A stretch of 64,000 nucleotides of DNA from an uncultured Verrucomicrobiae bacterium (GTDB lineage: Bacteria > Verrucomicrobiota > Verrucomicrobiia > Limisphaerales > AAA164-E04): the NCBI GenBank assembly GCA_951813855.1, contig OX638380.1:2370876-2434875 (forward strand), in the 5' to 3' direction. The translations under genes and the position numbers were made by a program. A model generated the notes under the pieces. It made no database searches. It was not told the origin of the DNA and saw only the letters and a list, made by a program, of their open reading frames with translations. Each line of letters starts with the position of its first letter. Position 1 is the stretch's first letter. Positions 63,410-64,000 of the stretch are shown here, piece by piece.

Positions 63410-64000
63410 ATGGAATTGTTTTTATAAGTGAATCACCGATCGACTCGCCTATCTTGACAGGAACGGCGTTGCCGATCTGACGAGCCAGCCGACGAATCGG
63501 CAATTTGGTGTCGGGACCGACGAATCGATAGTCGATCGGGAAGGTTTGAAGTAAAGCCGCCTCCCTTACAGAGACCGTCCGATCCTGCGAGGGATGACCA
63601 AAGCGGCCGGTACTGTAATAACAAAATTGGGTGGTGATCGTAGGGGCGGGTTGATCCCATCGCATGCGGCCGTATGATGCCGGGTAGTATGCTCGAACGT
63701 GACAGGGATTAACGAGACTTTGATCCCAATCGTTCCAATCGCCCCCGGGTTTGGATTGACGGATCCGAGATAAATTCGTCGGCGTTAACGGCAGACAGGT
63801 GTGGGCGGGATCGTCAGAACAAGTCTCGCCGGCTTCGATTGGTCGAAGTTCCCGAATAAAATCGGCGACGTTTTTGTTGTCGTTTGAAGGTTCCGGAAGC
63901 CGGACGGGACCAAGTCGAGACGCCATCAAAACCATGCGACGTCGCCGTTGAGGCACGCCGTATCGCTGAAAATCCAAAACCTCGCATTCGATTGAGTAAT
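63402..64000 (-). CDS. DNA (cytosine-5)-methyltransferase, C-terminal part (5' end outside the window)
   Basis: YGVPQRRRR (motif VIII), HP...R..SVREAALLQTFP..Y.F (motif IX) and QIGNAVPV (motif X). 8-bp overlap with the ATPase start. Confidence 0.92.
   Translation of the reverse strand, partial: YSIECEVLDFQRYGVPQRRRRMVLMASRLGPVRLPEPSNDNKNVADFIRELRPIEAGETCSDDPAHTCLPLTPTNLSRIRQSKPGGDWNDWDQSLVNPCHVRAYYPASYGRMRWDQPAPTITTQFCYYSTGRFGHPSQDRTVSVREAALLQTFPIDYRFVGPDTKLPIRRLARQIGNAVPVKIGESIGDSLIKTIPYD

Noticed and set aside
1-64000. CRISPR array, rRNA, tRNA
   Set aside because: No regularly spaced repeat-spacer units or recognisable structural RNA genes were seen. The repeats found are IS ends and segmental duplications.
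1-64000. Genome-wide stop-codon reassignment (TAG/TGA read-through)
   Set aside because: In-frame stops are confined to IS and decayed genes, include both TAG and TGA, and intact genes end normally on all three stop codons.

Overview
A 64 kb, mostly GC-rich bacterial chromosome segment, probably from the PVC superphylum (Verrucomicrobiota-like). This is inferred from the H-X9-DG prepilin-like proteins, the C-x-P-x-L sulfatase and the type of T2SS-like locus. Bases 1-23.2 kb are a nested insertion-sequence graveyard: IS1380-like x2, IS110 x2, DUF4338-ISAs1, two tandem IS256 pairs, IS630, IS21 and a large unclassified DDE IS. They surround an AT-richer cassette of prepilin-like gene + GtrA + GT-C glycosyltransferase and end in an IS256/xer-recombinase fusion scar. 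Bases 23.7-37.5 kb hold an AAA/DUF4143 ATPase, a minimal T2SS/T4P-like operon, a second prepilin-like gene and a 2.2 kb tandem duplication carrying two patchily diverged TlpA-like thioredoxins. Bases 38-45.4 kb hold two paralogous P-loop ATPases, a second DUF4338-ISAs1 copy and a papain-like-fold protein. Bases 45.5-56.2 kb hold phoD split by an intact IS66, a dynamin-like GTPase, a PksC/FabD-type acyltransferase, a creatininase and a sulfatase. Bases 56.7-64 kb are a defence island: GmrSD split by an ISNCY element, a decayed ORF, and a C5-methyltransferase coupled to a GHKL-ATPase/Shedu-like nuclease fusion. The best leads are (i) an intact IS110 recombinase whose upstream non-coding region has a readable two-loop bridge-RNA architecture with guides matching its own junction, (ii) the MTase + GHKL-nuclease operon, and (iii) the hypervariable TlpA duplication. 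No CRISPR array, rRNA or tRNA was seen. All family assignments come from motif recognition, not database searches. Some single-base frameshifts may be assembly errors.
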